Below, piece by piece: positions 25,637 through 34,342 of a DNA stretch of 51,567 bases. Positions within the stretch are counted from its first letter, which is position 1; each line of letters opens with the position of its first letter. Below the pieces are notes generated by a model. It saw nothing but the letters and a program-made list of their open reading frames with translations. It was not told where the DNA came from and searched no databases. The position numbers and the translations under genes were made by a program. The stretch is from the NCBI GenBank assembly GCA_964429315.1, contig CAYSBQ010000002.1, positions 1 to 51,567 on the forward strand. The letters run 5' to 3'. Source of the DNA: an uncultured Desulfobacterales bacterium (GTDB taxonomy: Bacteria > Desulfobacterota > Desulfobacteria > Desulfobacterales > C00003060).

Positions 25637-26797
25637 CTACTTGATAGCATTCGTAAACTTGAAGTTCGTTGTCTGACGCCACGTGTAGTACGCAGGATCA
25701 CGAAAATCGTCGATGAGATGGTGGGTAAACGGAATGTCACAAACCTCAAACCATCGTTCCCAACCGATCCTCTCGGCCCATTCACCCAGCCGCTCATACT
25801 TGTTGGCATTGGCGGAATAGGCATTAACTATCTTCTTAATGGCACCGGTCATGCTCGGCCAGCGCGGCATCTCGTTGGGGATAAAGGCGACTACCACCTT
25901 GGAGAACTTCGGGGCACTGATTCTGTTGGATATCTTGCCCCCCGCCATGAGGACGATACCATCGCCTTCCGCATCAGCCAGAGGCATGGACGGACACATG
26001 GTGTAGCAGTTGCCGCAGAACATACAGCGCCCCGCGTTGACCGCTACACTCTTTACCTGCTGGCCGTTTACCTCTACTTTGGCCGGCTTGACTGCCGCCG
26101 TCGGGCAAGCCGCTACGGCAAGAGGAATCTCGCACATCTTGTCCAGATACTCATGGTCCAACATGGGCGGTTTGCGGTGATATCCCAGAATAGCGATATC
26201 AGAGCAGTGCACAGCGCCGCACATGTTCAGACAACATGCCATAGAGACCCTGAGTTTTGCCGGGAGTTTCATCTCCGTAAACTCATCAAAGAGTACATCC
26301 ATCGTGGCCTTTACGGTGCCCGAGGCATCCGTTGCCGGCGTGTGGCAGTGTATCCAGCCCTGGGTGTGAACGATATTGGTGATCCCAGCGCCCGTACCGC
26401 CTAGAGGAAACTTATAGCACCCGCCTGGTTGTTTCCGGCTCAGAAGATCGTTTTTCAAGGGCTCAACCTTGTCCTTGCTGTCTACCATAAACTCGATGTT
26501 ATTCCTGGTAGTAAACCGGAGATAGCCGTCACAGTGTTTTTCGGCGATCTCATTTATCTCGCGAATGTGAGACACACTCATGAGGCGGCACCCACCAACG
26601 CGAAGAACATAAAGCTCATCGCCGCTTTCGGCGACGTGAACGCAAATACCCGGCTCCAAGATCTCGTGATAAAGCCATTTTCCCTTATTTTTCTTGATAA
26701 CCGGCGGATAAAACTCTTCGTAATATTTCGGTCCGATATCCGTAATCCGGTCTACCATCGGTTTTTTGGGATCATATCCTGATGAAATAAATGCCAT
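25637..26797 (-). CDS. dsrB: dissimilatory sulfite reductase beta subunit
   Basis: Start chosen at ATG 26797 behind [37 protein letters not shown]..., sirohaem/FeS Cys motifs and a ferredoxin insert (CPTAA...CMFCGNC). Confidence 0.95.
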   Translation of the reverse strand: MAFISSGYDPKKPMVDRITDIGPKYYEEFYPPVIKKNKGKWLYHEILEPGICVHVAESGDELYVLRVGGCRLMSVSHIREINEIAEKHCDGYLRFTTRNNIEFMVDSKDKVEPLKNDLLSRKQPGGCYKFPLGGTGAGITNIVHTQGWIHCHTPATDASGTVKATMDVLFDEFTEMKLPAKLRVSMACCLNMCGAVHCSDIAILGYHRKPPMLDHEYLDKMCEIPLAVAACPTAAVKPAKVEVNGQQVKSVAVNAGRCMFCGNCYTMCPSMPLADAEGDGIVLMAGGKISNRISAPKFSKVVVAFIPNEMPRWPSMTGAIKKIVNAYSANANKYERLGEWAERIGWERWFEVCDIPFTHHLIDDFRDPAYYTWRQTTNFKFTNAIK

Positions 26798-26809
26798 GGT
26801 TGTCACCTC

Positions 26810-28129
26810 CTATCTCTGATGATACTTCCTGAATTCGTTAATATCACGTGTAAAGCCACCCGGAACCTCTTCTTCTTTCCAGAAGACATAGGGGTTGGAC
26901 CGGGGTTCTTGAACCATCTGTGGGATGGCGTCGAAGCCGGTCACTTCAAGCAATTTCTGCAGACCCTGACGCTTCAGCAGCTCGCCAAGACGCTCCCGGT
27001 TTTTGCCTTCTTCCATCCACCAATCCCAAATGGGTTCGATCACCTTCTCCTTGATCTCATCATAAGGAGGCTCAACCTTGATAAAGGGAACAATCAATGT
27101 AGCCATTTGAGCGCCATCCAAAATTGGGGCCTTGGCGCCCGCCAGCAAACTAGCACCGGTATCTTTTCCAATCCTCAAGGCCCTGGGCATAACGTTAATG
27201 CAGTGCATGCAGCGTGTACACTCCCGGTTGTTGATCTCAAGCTTGCTGCCGTCCATTCGCATACACCCGGTAGGACAAAGATCAATGACCTCTTTTTGAA
27301 TGTCAAAAGGACCCCAATCACGGCCTGAATGGGCGCCGCCGTTGGACTTTAGCTCGCCACCCACATACGCCTTGACCGCCTCCTGGTCCATGCGGATATC
27401 ATCTCGCCATGTGCCGATAAATGAAAGGTCCGAACGGGCGATAGAGGCCACACAGCAGTTGGGACAGCCGTCAAACTTAAACTTAAATTTGTACGGAAAT
27501 GCCGGACGATGAAGCTCATCCTGGTATTCCATGGTCAGCTGATAGCAAAGCTCCTGAGTATCGTAACAGGCATACTCACACATGGACTGACCCATACAGT
27601 CGGAAGGCGTTCTCAGGTTCGAACCGGAACCCCCAAGGTCTTGACCCAGGTTGTGGGTCAACTCATAGAAGATCTCCTCCAACTGTACTGTCGTCGTCCC
27701 GATAAAGACAATATCACCGGTAGCACCGTGCATGTTTGTAATGCCGCTGCCCCGTCTCTCCCACAAATCACACAGTTTTTCCAGGTACTCCGCCGTATAG
27801 TAATGTCCCATTACCTGATTGACACGCATCGTGTGAAAGGCTGCAACACCTGGAAACATCTGCGGCTGGTCACAGTACCGGCCGATAACTCCACCGCCGT
27901 AGCCAAACACGCCCACGATGCCGCCGTGCTTCCAGTGGGTCCTGCCGTGCTCGTACGACAATTCCAAGATACCCAAAAGATCTTCGCAACAGTCTTGGGC
28001 GATCTGGTACTCAACATTCTTCTCGTTTTTCTGCCTGGACTCAGCTTCACGCTTAATATCGGAGACAAAGCTCGGCCACGGCCCTGTTTCCAGCTCGTCC
28101 AGTAGAGGTGTTTTATGCTTAAATCCCAT
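26810..28129 (-). CDS. dsrA: dissimilatory sulfite reductase alpha subunit
   Basis: 439 aa. MGFKHKTPLLDELETGPWPSFVSDIK..., CPNCC, CTRCMHCINVMP. GGAGGT RBS. Confidence 0.95.
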   Translation of the reverse strand: MGFKHKTPLLDELETGPWPSFVSDIKREAESRQKNEKNVEYQIAQDCCEDLLGILELSYEHGRTHWKHGGIVGVFGYGGGVIGRYCDQPQMFPGVAAFHTMRVNQVMGHYYTAEYLEKLCDLWERRGSGITNMHGATGDIVFIGTTTVQLEEIFYELTHNLGQDLGGSGSNLRTPSDCMGQSMCEYACYDTQELCYQLTMEYQDELHRPAFPYKFKFKFDGCPNCCVASIARSDLSFIGTWRDDIRMDQEAVKAYVGGELKSNGGAHSGRDWGPFDIQKEVIDLCPTGCMRMDGSKLEINNRECTRCMHCINVMPRALRIGKDTGASLLAGAKAPILDGAQMATLIVPFIKVEPPYDEIKEKVIEPIWDWWMEEGKNRERLGELLKRQGLQKLLEVTGFDAIPQMVQEPRSNPYVFWKEEEVPGGFTRDINEFRKYHQR

Positions 28130-28285
28130 TATTCTACCTCCAATCTTTTTAAATATGTAAACTCACACGGTACAAACCGTACCCCATTACCCTCAAATGA
28201 AGATGCCGATGTTCACCTCCTCCCAGTCTATGATAGTCTTTGTGCAAACCAAGAAAATGCCCGGCAAAGCTACGTTTATCTATAT

Positions 28286-29545
28286 TTAACGGGGCCTTTC
28301 GACAGGTACACAGACATTCGCATAAGCCTTGCCTATAAGCTTATTTGTATTGTTTGTCAACAAAAAACTTGGGGCGGCGTTTACAGGTTCGGGGTTACCT
28401 TCCTGCCCGTCACTATCAATACCTTGAATCGCTTCCCACAATAGCTGTGCGTGCCTTTCCAAATTCTTCCTGATCACACCAATATCCGGGGCTGCCTGAT
28501 CGCATGCATCAATCAACGCATAGAATCGGCCTTTAATGTCCTCTTTATCAAGGCTCTTGGCATATTTGACAAACTCATCGAAAAACCCCACTTTGATTAT
28601 GCATTGCTCCTCCTTAAACCTGATCCCCTCCAAAAACCCGCCTAACGTCGAACCCACACATTCATCGCCTGCCCATGCAACGGCGCCAACGCCATCGAAG
28701 CGATCCAGTCTCATTCTTACTGAAAGATTTAAGAAGAAAAAGAGCAATGCCTCATGTACGGAAGCACCTTCTATCATGGCGACATACTGTCTGGCCGTCA
28801 CCAATCTGACATCAAGGCAATCGCCCCGGGTTCGGATAATGAAGTCGCCGGCCGCATGGTGCCACGGGAAGATCTGCTCAAAGGTCTCGATATCATAGTA
28901 GAGTGTCAATATCTTGGCAGTCTGACTGTAGGCCTGCTCGATCTCGGATCGAGAAAGGCAATAATTGCCCTTTCTTCTATTCCAAACGACAACTCCTTGT
29001 ACCCCAATAGCCGTATCAACCGATAAATGGAATTCATCATACCCATCAAACCAATCCGCCAGGAACATGGCAAGGGGGCTGCCATCCTCACTCTTAAAAT
29101 ACGCCCTGGGCAAAAAGGAGAAACCGTGTTTGCTGTTCAGGCGCTGCAAGACGCCAAACTCATGATATAACCTTCCTTTTCCCCGCTCGGTGATCGCAAC
29201 GTTCATCGCAAAAACAGTGGTAGTATCACCGATTATCACCTCGATTCTAGCAGGGTGATAGTCACTGCCATGCTTTTCCGCGTATATCAGTATCTCTGCC
29301 ACGTCAGCAGCGGGAATCTCTTTTGCCAGTTTCGCGCTGATGGCATCAATTAAGGACTTACAGCCATTCCTTGAAATCACATCAGTGATCCCCTTAAAGT
29401 ATTGGCCGTATGTCAGGGCTGGGATTTGTCCGGGGGCCGGTTCATTGCGAAACAATCGTATGGGCATCCGACAGAAATGGCGGTCAACAGGGAGGTAACC
29501 ATGAGGGGAGGGGGCCAGGCAGGTAGTTTTCGGGGTTTTCGTCAA
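28286..29545 (-). CDS. hypothetical protein, about 400-419 aa (start uncertain: TTG at 29545 or ATG at 29467)
   Basis: Long uninterrupted ORF, co-oriented with and 10 nt after the TPR gene. Only a weak kinase-like WHHAAGDFII motif. No confident family call. Confidence 0.55.
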   Translation of the reverse strand: MTKTPKTTCLAPSPHGYLPVDRHFCRMPIRLFRNEPAPGQIPALTYGQYFKGITDVISRNGCKSLIDAISAKLAKEIPAADVAEILIYAEKHGSDYHPARIEVIIGDTTTVFAMNVAITERGKGRLYHEFGVLQRLNSKHGFSFLPRAYFKSEDGSPLAMFLADWFDGYDEFHLSVDTAIGVQGVVVWNRRKGNYCLSRSEIEQAYSQTAKILTLYYDIETFEQIFPWHHAAGDFIIRTRGDCLDVRLVTARQYVAMIEGASVHEALLFFFLNLSVRMRLDRFDGVGAVAWAGDECVGSTLGGFLEGIRFKEEQCIIKVGFFDEFVKYAKSLDKEDIKGRFYALIDACDQAAPDIGVIRKNLERHAQLLWEAIQGIDSDGQEGNPEPVNAAPSFLLTNNTNKLIGKAYANVCVPVERPR

Positions 29546-29555
29546 GTCGCAACGT

Positions 29556-30188
29556 CTACCTATGCTGATCTAACTCCTTGACCAGCTCCGGCTCAACCTC
29601 AAAACCGTATTCCACTGCCTTGTCGCAATGCTCGACCGCCTTTTGATGATCCCCCTTTTCAAGATAGGCCAAGGCGAGGTTGTTATGGGCAACGGCAAAA
29701 GCGGAATCAAGTTCCAGGGCCTTATTGGATGCGGTAATCGAATCGTCCAGACGCCCCTGCATGAAGTAGGCGCTGGCAAGGGTACTGTGGGCCTGTATGA
29801 ATTGCGGATTGATGGAAATCGACTTCTCAAGATATTCGACCGCTTTGTCGGGCTCACCCTTTTGCACATAGGCAAAGCCCAGATTTCCGTAAGGCTGGCA
29901 GAGTTTCGGTCTGATCTTGATGGCATGTTCGTTGAATCTGATACACGCTTCCATATCCCCTTTGTGAAAATGGATGCCGCCCAATGCCACATAGGCTTCT
30001 CCTAGGCTGGGGGAACAATCAATGGCCGCCACGAGTTCTTCTATCGCCTCATCATATTTGCCTTCATTGATCAATCCAATAGCAAGATTGTAGTGGGTGG
30101 TACCACACTCCGGGTTGTTTTGAAGGGTGTTTACCTGTTCTCGAATGTATTCTTTTACTGTTTTTGCTCCCGCCTCCGGCCTTTTCAT
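29556..30188 (-). CDS. tetratricopeptide-repeat protein
   Basis: 210 aa. Repeated 34-aa A-x-x-x-Y-x-x-A...P units (YNLAIGL, YVALGGI, YGNLGFAY, HSTLASAY, HNNLALAY). GGGGGA RBS. Confidence 0.8.
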   Translation of the reverse strand: MKRPEAGAKTVKEYIREQVNTLQNNPECGTTHYNLAIGLINEGKYDEAIEELVAAIDCSPSLGEAYVALGGIHFHKGDMEACIRFNEHAIKIRPKLCQPYGNLGFAYVQKGEPDKAVEYLEKSISINPQFIQAHSTLASAYFMQGRLDDSITASNKALELDSAFAVAHNNLALAYLEKGDHQKAVEHCDKAVEYGFEVEPELVKELDQHR

Positions 30189-30240
30189 GCATCCCCCTGA
30201 TGAAACAATCTTGATAACTGAACAAACAAATAGCTCTTTG

Positions 30241-30281
30241 AAAAAACGAGGGGACCAACCTAAAGGCCCATACCCTCGTTT
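30241..30281 (-). terminator. intrinsic terminator after the 110-aa gene
   Basis: Minus strand: ACGAGGG-uaugggccuuuagguuggu-CCCCUCGU, then UUUUUU. Confidence 0.6.
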
Positions 30282-30404
30282 AATGGCACGCTCTTTGGCA
30301 GAAACCGATACGTTGAGGCATACGATTACCCAACAATTCGTCCTGATCCATTCTCGGAAAGGCTTCTAACAAAAGCGATATCAAACGCTCTCTGTTGTAC
30401 GTTG

Positions 30405-30737
30405 CTAACCCCGGCCCGTACCCCTCCCAAACACATCCCTGCCCGCAAGAGGATTATAAAGTTTCAGAATTGCAAACTTCATAATGTCCAACGAATTATT
30501 GTCCAACACAAATCCCAACAAGGTGTCCTCCGGCTCTGCCGGAAGCACGCACGCGTTTGATGAATCAAAAGTCAGGTCTGGGAACCCCTTGACCAGCTTC
30601 TTCTTCTCCTTCTTGTTGACAGGCACCTGAATTACCTTTTTGCCGTCTATTTCCTTTGCTTGGTCACCCAATCCAGCCTCTTCGATCTTCCTGAGCTTTT
30701 CATCATCCAAAAAAACGTTGATGTAATAGTCTGCCAT
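30405..30737 (-). CDS. hypothetical 110-aa protein with a Gly/Arg-rich C-terminal tail
   Basis: Start chosen at ATG 30737 behind GGGAGGTG. MADYYINVFLDDEKLRKIEEAGLGDQAKEIDGKK...KLYNPLAGRDVFGRGTGRG. Has its own promoter and terminator. Confidence 0.6.
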   Translation of the reverse strand: MADYYINVFLDDEKLRKIEEAGLGDQAKEIDGKKVIQVPVNKKEKKKLVKGFPDLTFDSSNACVLPAEPEDTLLGFVLDNNSLDIMKFAILKLYNPLAGRDVFGRGTGRG

Positions 30738-30902
30738 GTGAACACCTCCCGTCAATAAGGTCCCAAATCCCTGGTGATGCATCTCAAAATGCACCTTTTC
30801 CCTTTACAAACCGTGCCGCTTGTACTCAAGATACTCAACAACCTCTTCGACGCCTTTCATTTGTCCCTCACCCACCCAAGAGGCGGCGCTACGTGAAATG
30901 TG

Positions 30903-30931
30903 CTTATATTATGGAAGCGAACTCCTGTCAA
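30903..30931 (-). promoter_or_regulatory. near-consensus sigma70 promoter TTGACA-17-TATAAG
   Basis: Minus strand: tcTTGACAggagttcgcttccataaTATAAGcac. One mismatch. It would give a ~155-nt leader for the 110-aa gene. Confidence 0.5.
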
Positions 30932-30969
30932 GAAACTTGTCGAAGTGATCTGGGATTATCGTAATCATT

Positions 30970-32298
30970 TCACGATGTCGCAAAGAAACTTTCCATTACC
31001 TTGTTGAATTCTTCCCCCCGCCACGCTGCGGAAGGTTTTGTGGCCTCAGACACCAGGATGTCCTGTTTCAAAAAAGGCAAAAAGTCCGAAACCCTTGGGA
31101 TAACTACCCTGACTACCGGAAAGTCCAGTACCGGATGCGTCTGCTTTAATATGATGGGTTCGGTGTTCAGGACCTTGCATATCCCCTTGATTTTCTCAGT
31201 TTCGCCAAGGATGTCATCGACCGTGACGTTCCCATAGTCTTTGGTTTCACCTTGCTCAAGAAACGAGATGTCTTTCGGAGAAATGCCGCATTTCATTAAC
31301 AAATAGAAATTATCTACCTGAGACCTGTGGATAACAGGCCTGTCCAACTGCGGGCGCGGAGTCGATAATGTCTCCCTGCCTTGCATGCTTTCCGTAAAAC
31401 ACCTTGTCAGGGCTTCGTCGAGATTGAAAGAAACCCCCGGTATGAGTATTCTATGCTCCAGCCGATCGGAACGTAGATTATGGTTAATGAAAAGGACACC
31501 TATGGCCGGCAATAGACCATCAAAAGAAAGATCCTTGATTATAACATCAACTTTGTTTTCCTTATAGAACGCGATCATACGCCTTATGCTCTCGTTTTCT
31601 ACTGAATCAGGGTCGATTGATGGTATTATCTTTTCAGGTCTGATCGTCTCTATTTGGGCATGACGTTCAAAGATTTCACAGGAGGCCTGAACCATTGCCT
31701 CTTCAATGGTGTTTCCTGCCGCAAGGCCGTTAGAGGCGTGAATGTAGGCAATAAAATTAACAGGTACCTTTATGGTTTTTTTACGGTTTACCGAAAACCC
31801 GTCAACCCAATGATGGGCCATCCGGCTGTTTTTGATATCTTCGATGTCCGCTTTGCGCAAATGCGTCTCGTTTCCCAGCAAGTCCTCTATCTTTAAGGGA
31901 TCTTCTACGTCGTCCTGATGGGCATGGATATACCCATCCATCCATTCATAATTCAGGAACCTGTTGATCTCCTTGTTGTAAAGCGCGGGAAAGTTAAACC
32001 TTACCTCTTCTTCAAAAACCGGATAGAATAACCCGGCGCTGAAGCGTTCAGCCAGTTCTGCATATGCGCTTGCCTCGGCAAGCTCCGGGGTAATGCCTTT
32101 TCCGTTACAAACGATCCTTATGGAATCGATCCAGACCCGCCCCCAATGTATATTCTCCGACACCCGGAAAGGAGCGTACTCGGCACTAAGTCCCAACTTG
32201 CGGAATCCAGTCTTTATCCTCTCAATGGTGTTGGCGGGAATGTCGCACTTGCCATACTCGTTTCTAACACAATTTTGAAATTCCATTCTATTCGCCAC
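30970..32298 (-). CDS. stand-alone YcaO-family ATP-dependent amide-activating enzyme
   Basis: 442 aa (GTG at 32298 or ATG at 32286). SAYAELAERFSAGL and ASNGLAAGNTIEEAMVQASCEIFERHA are hallmark YcaO motifs, as is the C-terminal DFPVVRVVIPRVS. Confidence 0.85.
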   Translation of the reverse strand: MANRMEFQNCVRNEYGKCDIPANTIERIKTGFRKLGLSAEYAPFRVSENIHWGRVWIDSIRIVCNGKGITPELAEASAYAELAERFSAGLFYPVFEEEVRFNFPALYNKEINRFLNYEWMDGYIHAHQDDVEDPLKIEDLLGNETHLRKADIEDIKNSRMAHHWVDGFSVNRKKTIKVPVNFIAYIHASNGLAAGNTIEEAMVQASCEIFERHAQIETIRPEKIIPSIDPDSVENESIRRMIAFYKENKVDVIIKDLSFDGLLPAIGVLFINHNLRSDRLEHRILIPGVSFNLDEALTRCFTESMQGRETLSTPRPQLDRPVIHRSQVDNFYLLMKCGISPKDISFLEQGETKDYGNVTVDDILGETEKIKGICKVLNTEPIILKQTHPVLDFPVVRVVIPRVSDFLPFLKQDILVSEATKPSAAWRGEEFNKVMESFFATS

Positions 32299-32352
32299 TA
32301 TTTATTTTTCTTGTCTCCTTAGGAGTAAATCGTGGGGCTTCCTGCAAGTCTG

Positions 32353-33162
32353 TCACTCATTGCGTAGGACCATACACGCCCAGCTGCGTTCCGTCGCCTC
32401 TTGAACCAAGGCGAGGCCCTGTTCAATATAGGTCCTGGTAAGAGACATCAACAGATCCTCTTTGAAACCGGAAATAATCACGACTCCGCCCCGGAGTATT
32501 TTTTTTGCTACTGCAGATGAAAGATTCTTTAGCGTAGGTGCGGCCAGATTGGCAAGAATGATGGAAAAGGCAGTATCCAACTCCTCAAAAGGTCTTTCTG
32601 TGATATAAACCTGCTCGGCAACATTATTGATTGAAACATTACGGCGGGCCTCAGCTATGGCACACGGATCAATGTCGTTGCCAACCACCTCTTGCACCCC
32701 TAGGTGCGCCAGTGCAATCGCCAGGACTCCGGAACCCGTACCAATATCCAAGCCGGCGAGAGGGCCGCTTGGAAGCATTTCGGCCTCACGGCGGAAAAGC
32801 CGATCCAGCGCCCTTAAAATCAGACAGGTGGTTGGATGGGCACCTGTCCCAAAGGCAGCCCCAGAGGCAATGTCGATTACTATATCCCCCGGATGTGCCT
32901 GATAAGCCTTCTCCGGCGGTTTGAGTACAATCCTTTCTGAAATACGAACGGGTTTATTAAAGGATGGTTCTAAAAAGCTTGTCCCATATATATATGTGTA
33001 CGCCAGTTCCTCAGAGGCGACCATCTGCCTGACGGCCTGCCTGACCACCTTTCGGTCAAGACCCGAGGCGTCAGAAACACTCCTTTCCACCTCGGCTGAA
33101 GTCATTTTCTCTTTGGCATCAACAATTGCGCTATATATTATGCGCTTCAGTTCTCGGGTCAT
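32353..33162 (-). CDS. PrmA-like SAM-dependent (protein) methyltransferase with a divergent N-terminal domain
   Basis: 269 aa. IDIASGAAFGTGAHPTTCLILRALD and LDIGTGSGVLAIALA...VGNDIDP match the PrmA catalytic core. The first ~90 aa look like a winged helix (ELAYTYIYGTSFLE). Confidence 0.75.
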   Translation of the reverse strand: MTRELKRIIYSAIVDAKEKMTSAEVERSVSDASGLDRKVVRQAVRQMVASEELAYTYIYGTSFLEPSFNKPVRISERIVLKPPEKAYQAHPGDIVIDIASGAAFGTGAHPTTCLILRALDRLFRREAEMLPSGPLAGLDIGTGSGVLAIALAHLGVQEVVGNDIDPCAIAEARRNVSINNVAEQVYITERPFEELDTAFSIILANLAAPTLKNLSSAVAKKILRGGVVIISGFKEDLLMSLTRTYIEQGLALVQEATERSWACMVLRNE

Positions 33163-33168
33163 AACTCA

Positions 33169-33516
33169 TCAATCATGGCCCTGCGCTTTTAAAAAATCAC
33201 GATACCAACAGGAAAACTCGTACATCCCCTTAAACCGCTCGTCATCGTTAATGATACCGAGACATATTTCCCACGCCCCTTGGCCAAAGGCATTACTGTA
33301 TTTCTCCGCATCCCAGTCAGCCAAAAACTCCCGGGCTAATTGGAGGGCTGTGTGCCTTGTCTTGTCTTTACGCATGTCAATGGGATCTTTCGGCTCAATA
33401 AAAGGGTCCCACTTGTCATAGCCCTCTTTCTTGAGGATATGCTCCCGTCGTCTGGCTGACATGCAGTCGAAGATGGTTCTTTTTCTTGCTTCCTCTTCAG
33501 GTGATAGTTTTCTCAT
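33169..33516 (-). CDS. hypothetical 115-aa protein
   Basis: Tightly packed between the YkgJ-type and methyltransferase genes (gaps 41 and 6 nt). No motif recognised. Confidence 0.55.
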   Translation of the reverse strand: MRKLSPEEEARKRTIFDCMSARRREHILKKEGYDKWDPFIEPKDPIDMRKDKTRHTALQLAREFLADWDAEKYSNAFGQGAWEICLGIINDDERFKGMYEFSCWYRDFLKAQGHD

Positions 33517-33557
33517 CTTGCTAATTCCTTGTTTGACGACTTCGTAAAAAGTCCATC

Positions 33558-34205
33558 CTATTTGGCGCCAAAATAGTCTTCGTTGTAATCCGTTATCAGG
33601 GCTGCCGAGGGGGGCACAAGACTCATGTGCATCTTCGCGTTTCCTGAACCAATCTCTTCGAGGAGTTGCCTGGAAAGCTCGAAGAGACGATCATTTATCT
33701 TGTCAAGGTTTACCGTAGGGTAAGCTGTGCCCTCCTTAAAGTCCGCCTTTTCGCAGGTGTGGGCCTTGCCTCCAATAGAGGTGGGAATTCCGTAGATCCT
33801 GCAAGTGATAGGTCTTCGATCATATAAATCACACAGATTTTCCTCGTTTAGAAGGGGACAAGGGACCCGCTCCCGAGATAATTCCAAAAAAACCTCTTCC
33901 GGGGGTTTCCCTTGATCTATATACATCTTTTGGAGCTTCTTCTTGATTTGATAGTACTTGCGATCCGCTGTTTCCGCCCGTTCCAAGATGGGCTCCCGTT
34001 CCTTTTCACTCAAGGATTTGTTGAAATGGCGGCTTATGTAGACTGCTTCAATAAGCGTGAGGTCAAATACGGCATTACAACAATCGGAACAATGGATTCC
34101 GCAGCGTATAAAGTCTTTGTGAGACTCTTGCATCCCCTTAAAGATTTTGTCAATCTCAGTAACGAGGGTTTCGTATTTTTCGAAGGTCTTTGAAAGATTT
34201 AGCAT
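33558..34205 (-). CDS. YkgJ/UPF0153-type cysteine-cluster (CxxCxxCC family) protein
   Basis: 215 aa. CGIHCSDCC, then PCPLLNEENLCDLYDRRPITCRIYG, typical of the putative Zn/Fe-chelating family. GAGGAG RBS. Confidence 0.75.
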   Translation of the reverse strand: MLNLSKTFEKYETLVTEIDKIFKGMQESHKDFIRCGIHCSDCCNAVFDLTLIEAVYISRHFNKSLSEKEREPILERAETADRKYYQIKKKLQKMYIDQGKPPEEVFLELSRERVPCPLLNEENLCDLYDRRPITCRIYGIPTSIGGKAHTCEKADFKEGTAYPTVNLDKINDRLFELSRQLLEEIGSGNAKMHMSLVPPSAALITDYNEDYFGAK

Positions 34206-34237
34206 AATCGCTCCTCACAAAATTCTAAAGTGGGCAT

Positions 34238-34266
34238 CTGATAACAATATTGGTTGACCCTGTCAA
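34238..34266 (-). promoter_or_regulatory. sigma70-like promoter TTGACA-17-TATCAG for the YkgJ-to-YcaO operon
   Basis: Minus strand: cgTTGACAgggtcaaccaatattgtTATCAGatg. Confidence 0.4.
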
Positions 34267-34342
34267 CGAGCAATTATCCTTATGAACCATGAACCCCAAA
34301 GACGTTATTGAATTTGATCGATTAATGTAATATGGTTTTGCT

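Noticed and set aside
25592-26404. 270-aa ORF antisense to dsrB/dsrD
   Set aside because: It fully overlaps the unmistakable dsrB frame. Its Arg/Gly/His-rich composition is typical of antisense translation of a GC-biased gene.
27509-28105. 198-aa ORF antisense to dsrA (and others at 26819-27328)
   Set aside because: Same reasoning: the dsrA frame is unambiguous, and the ORF has no independent start signals.
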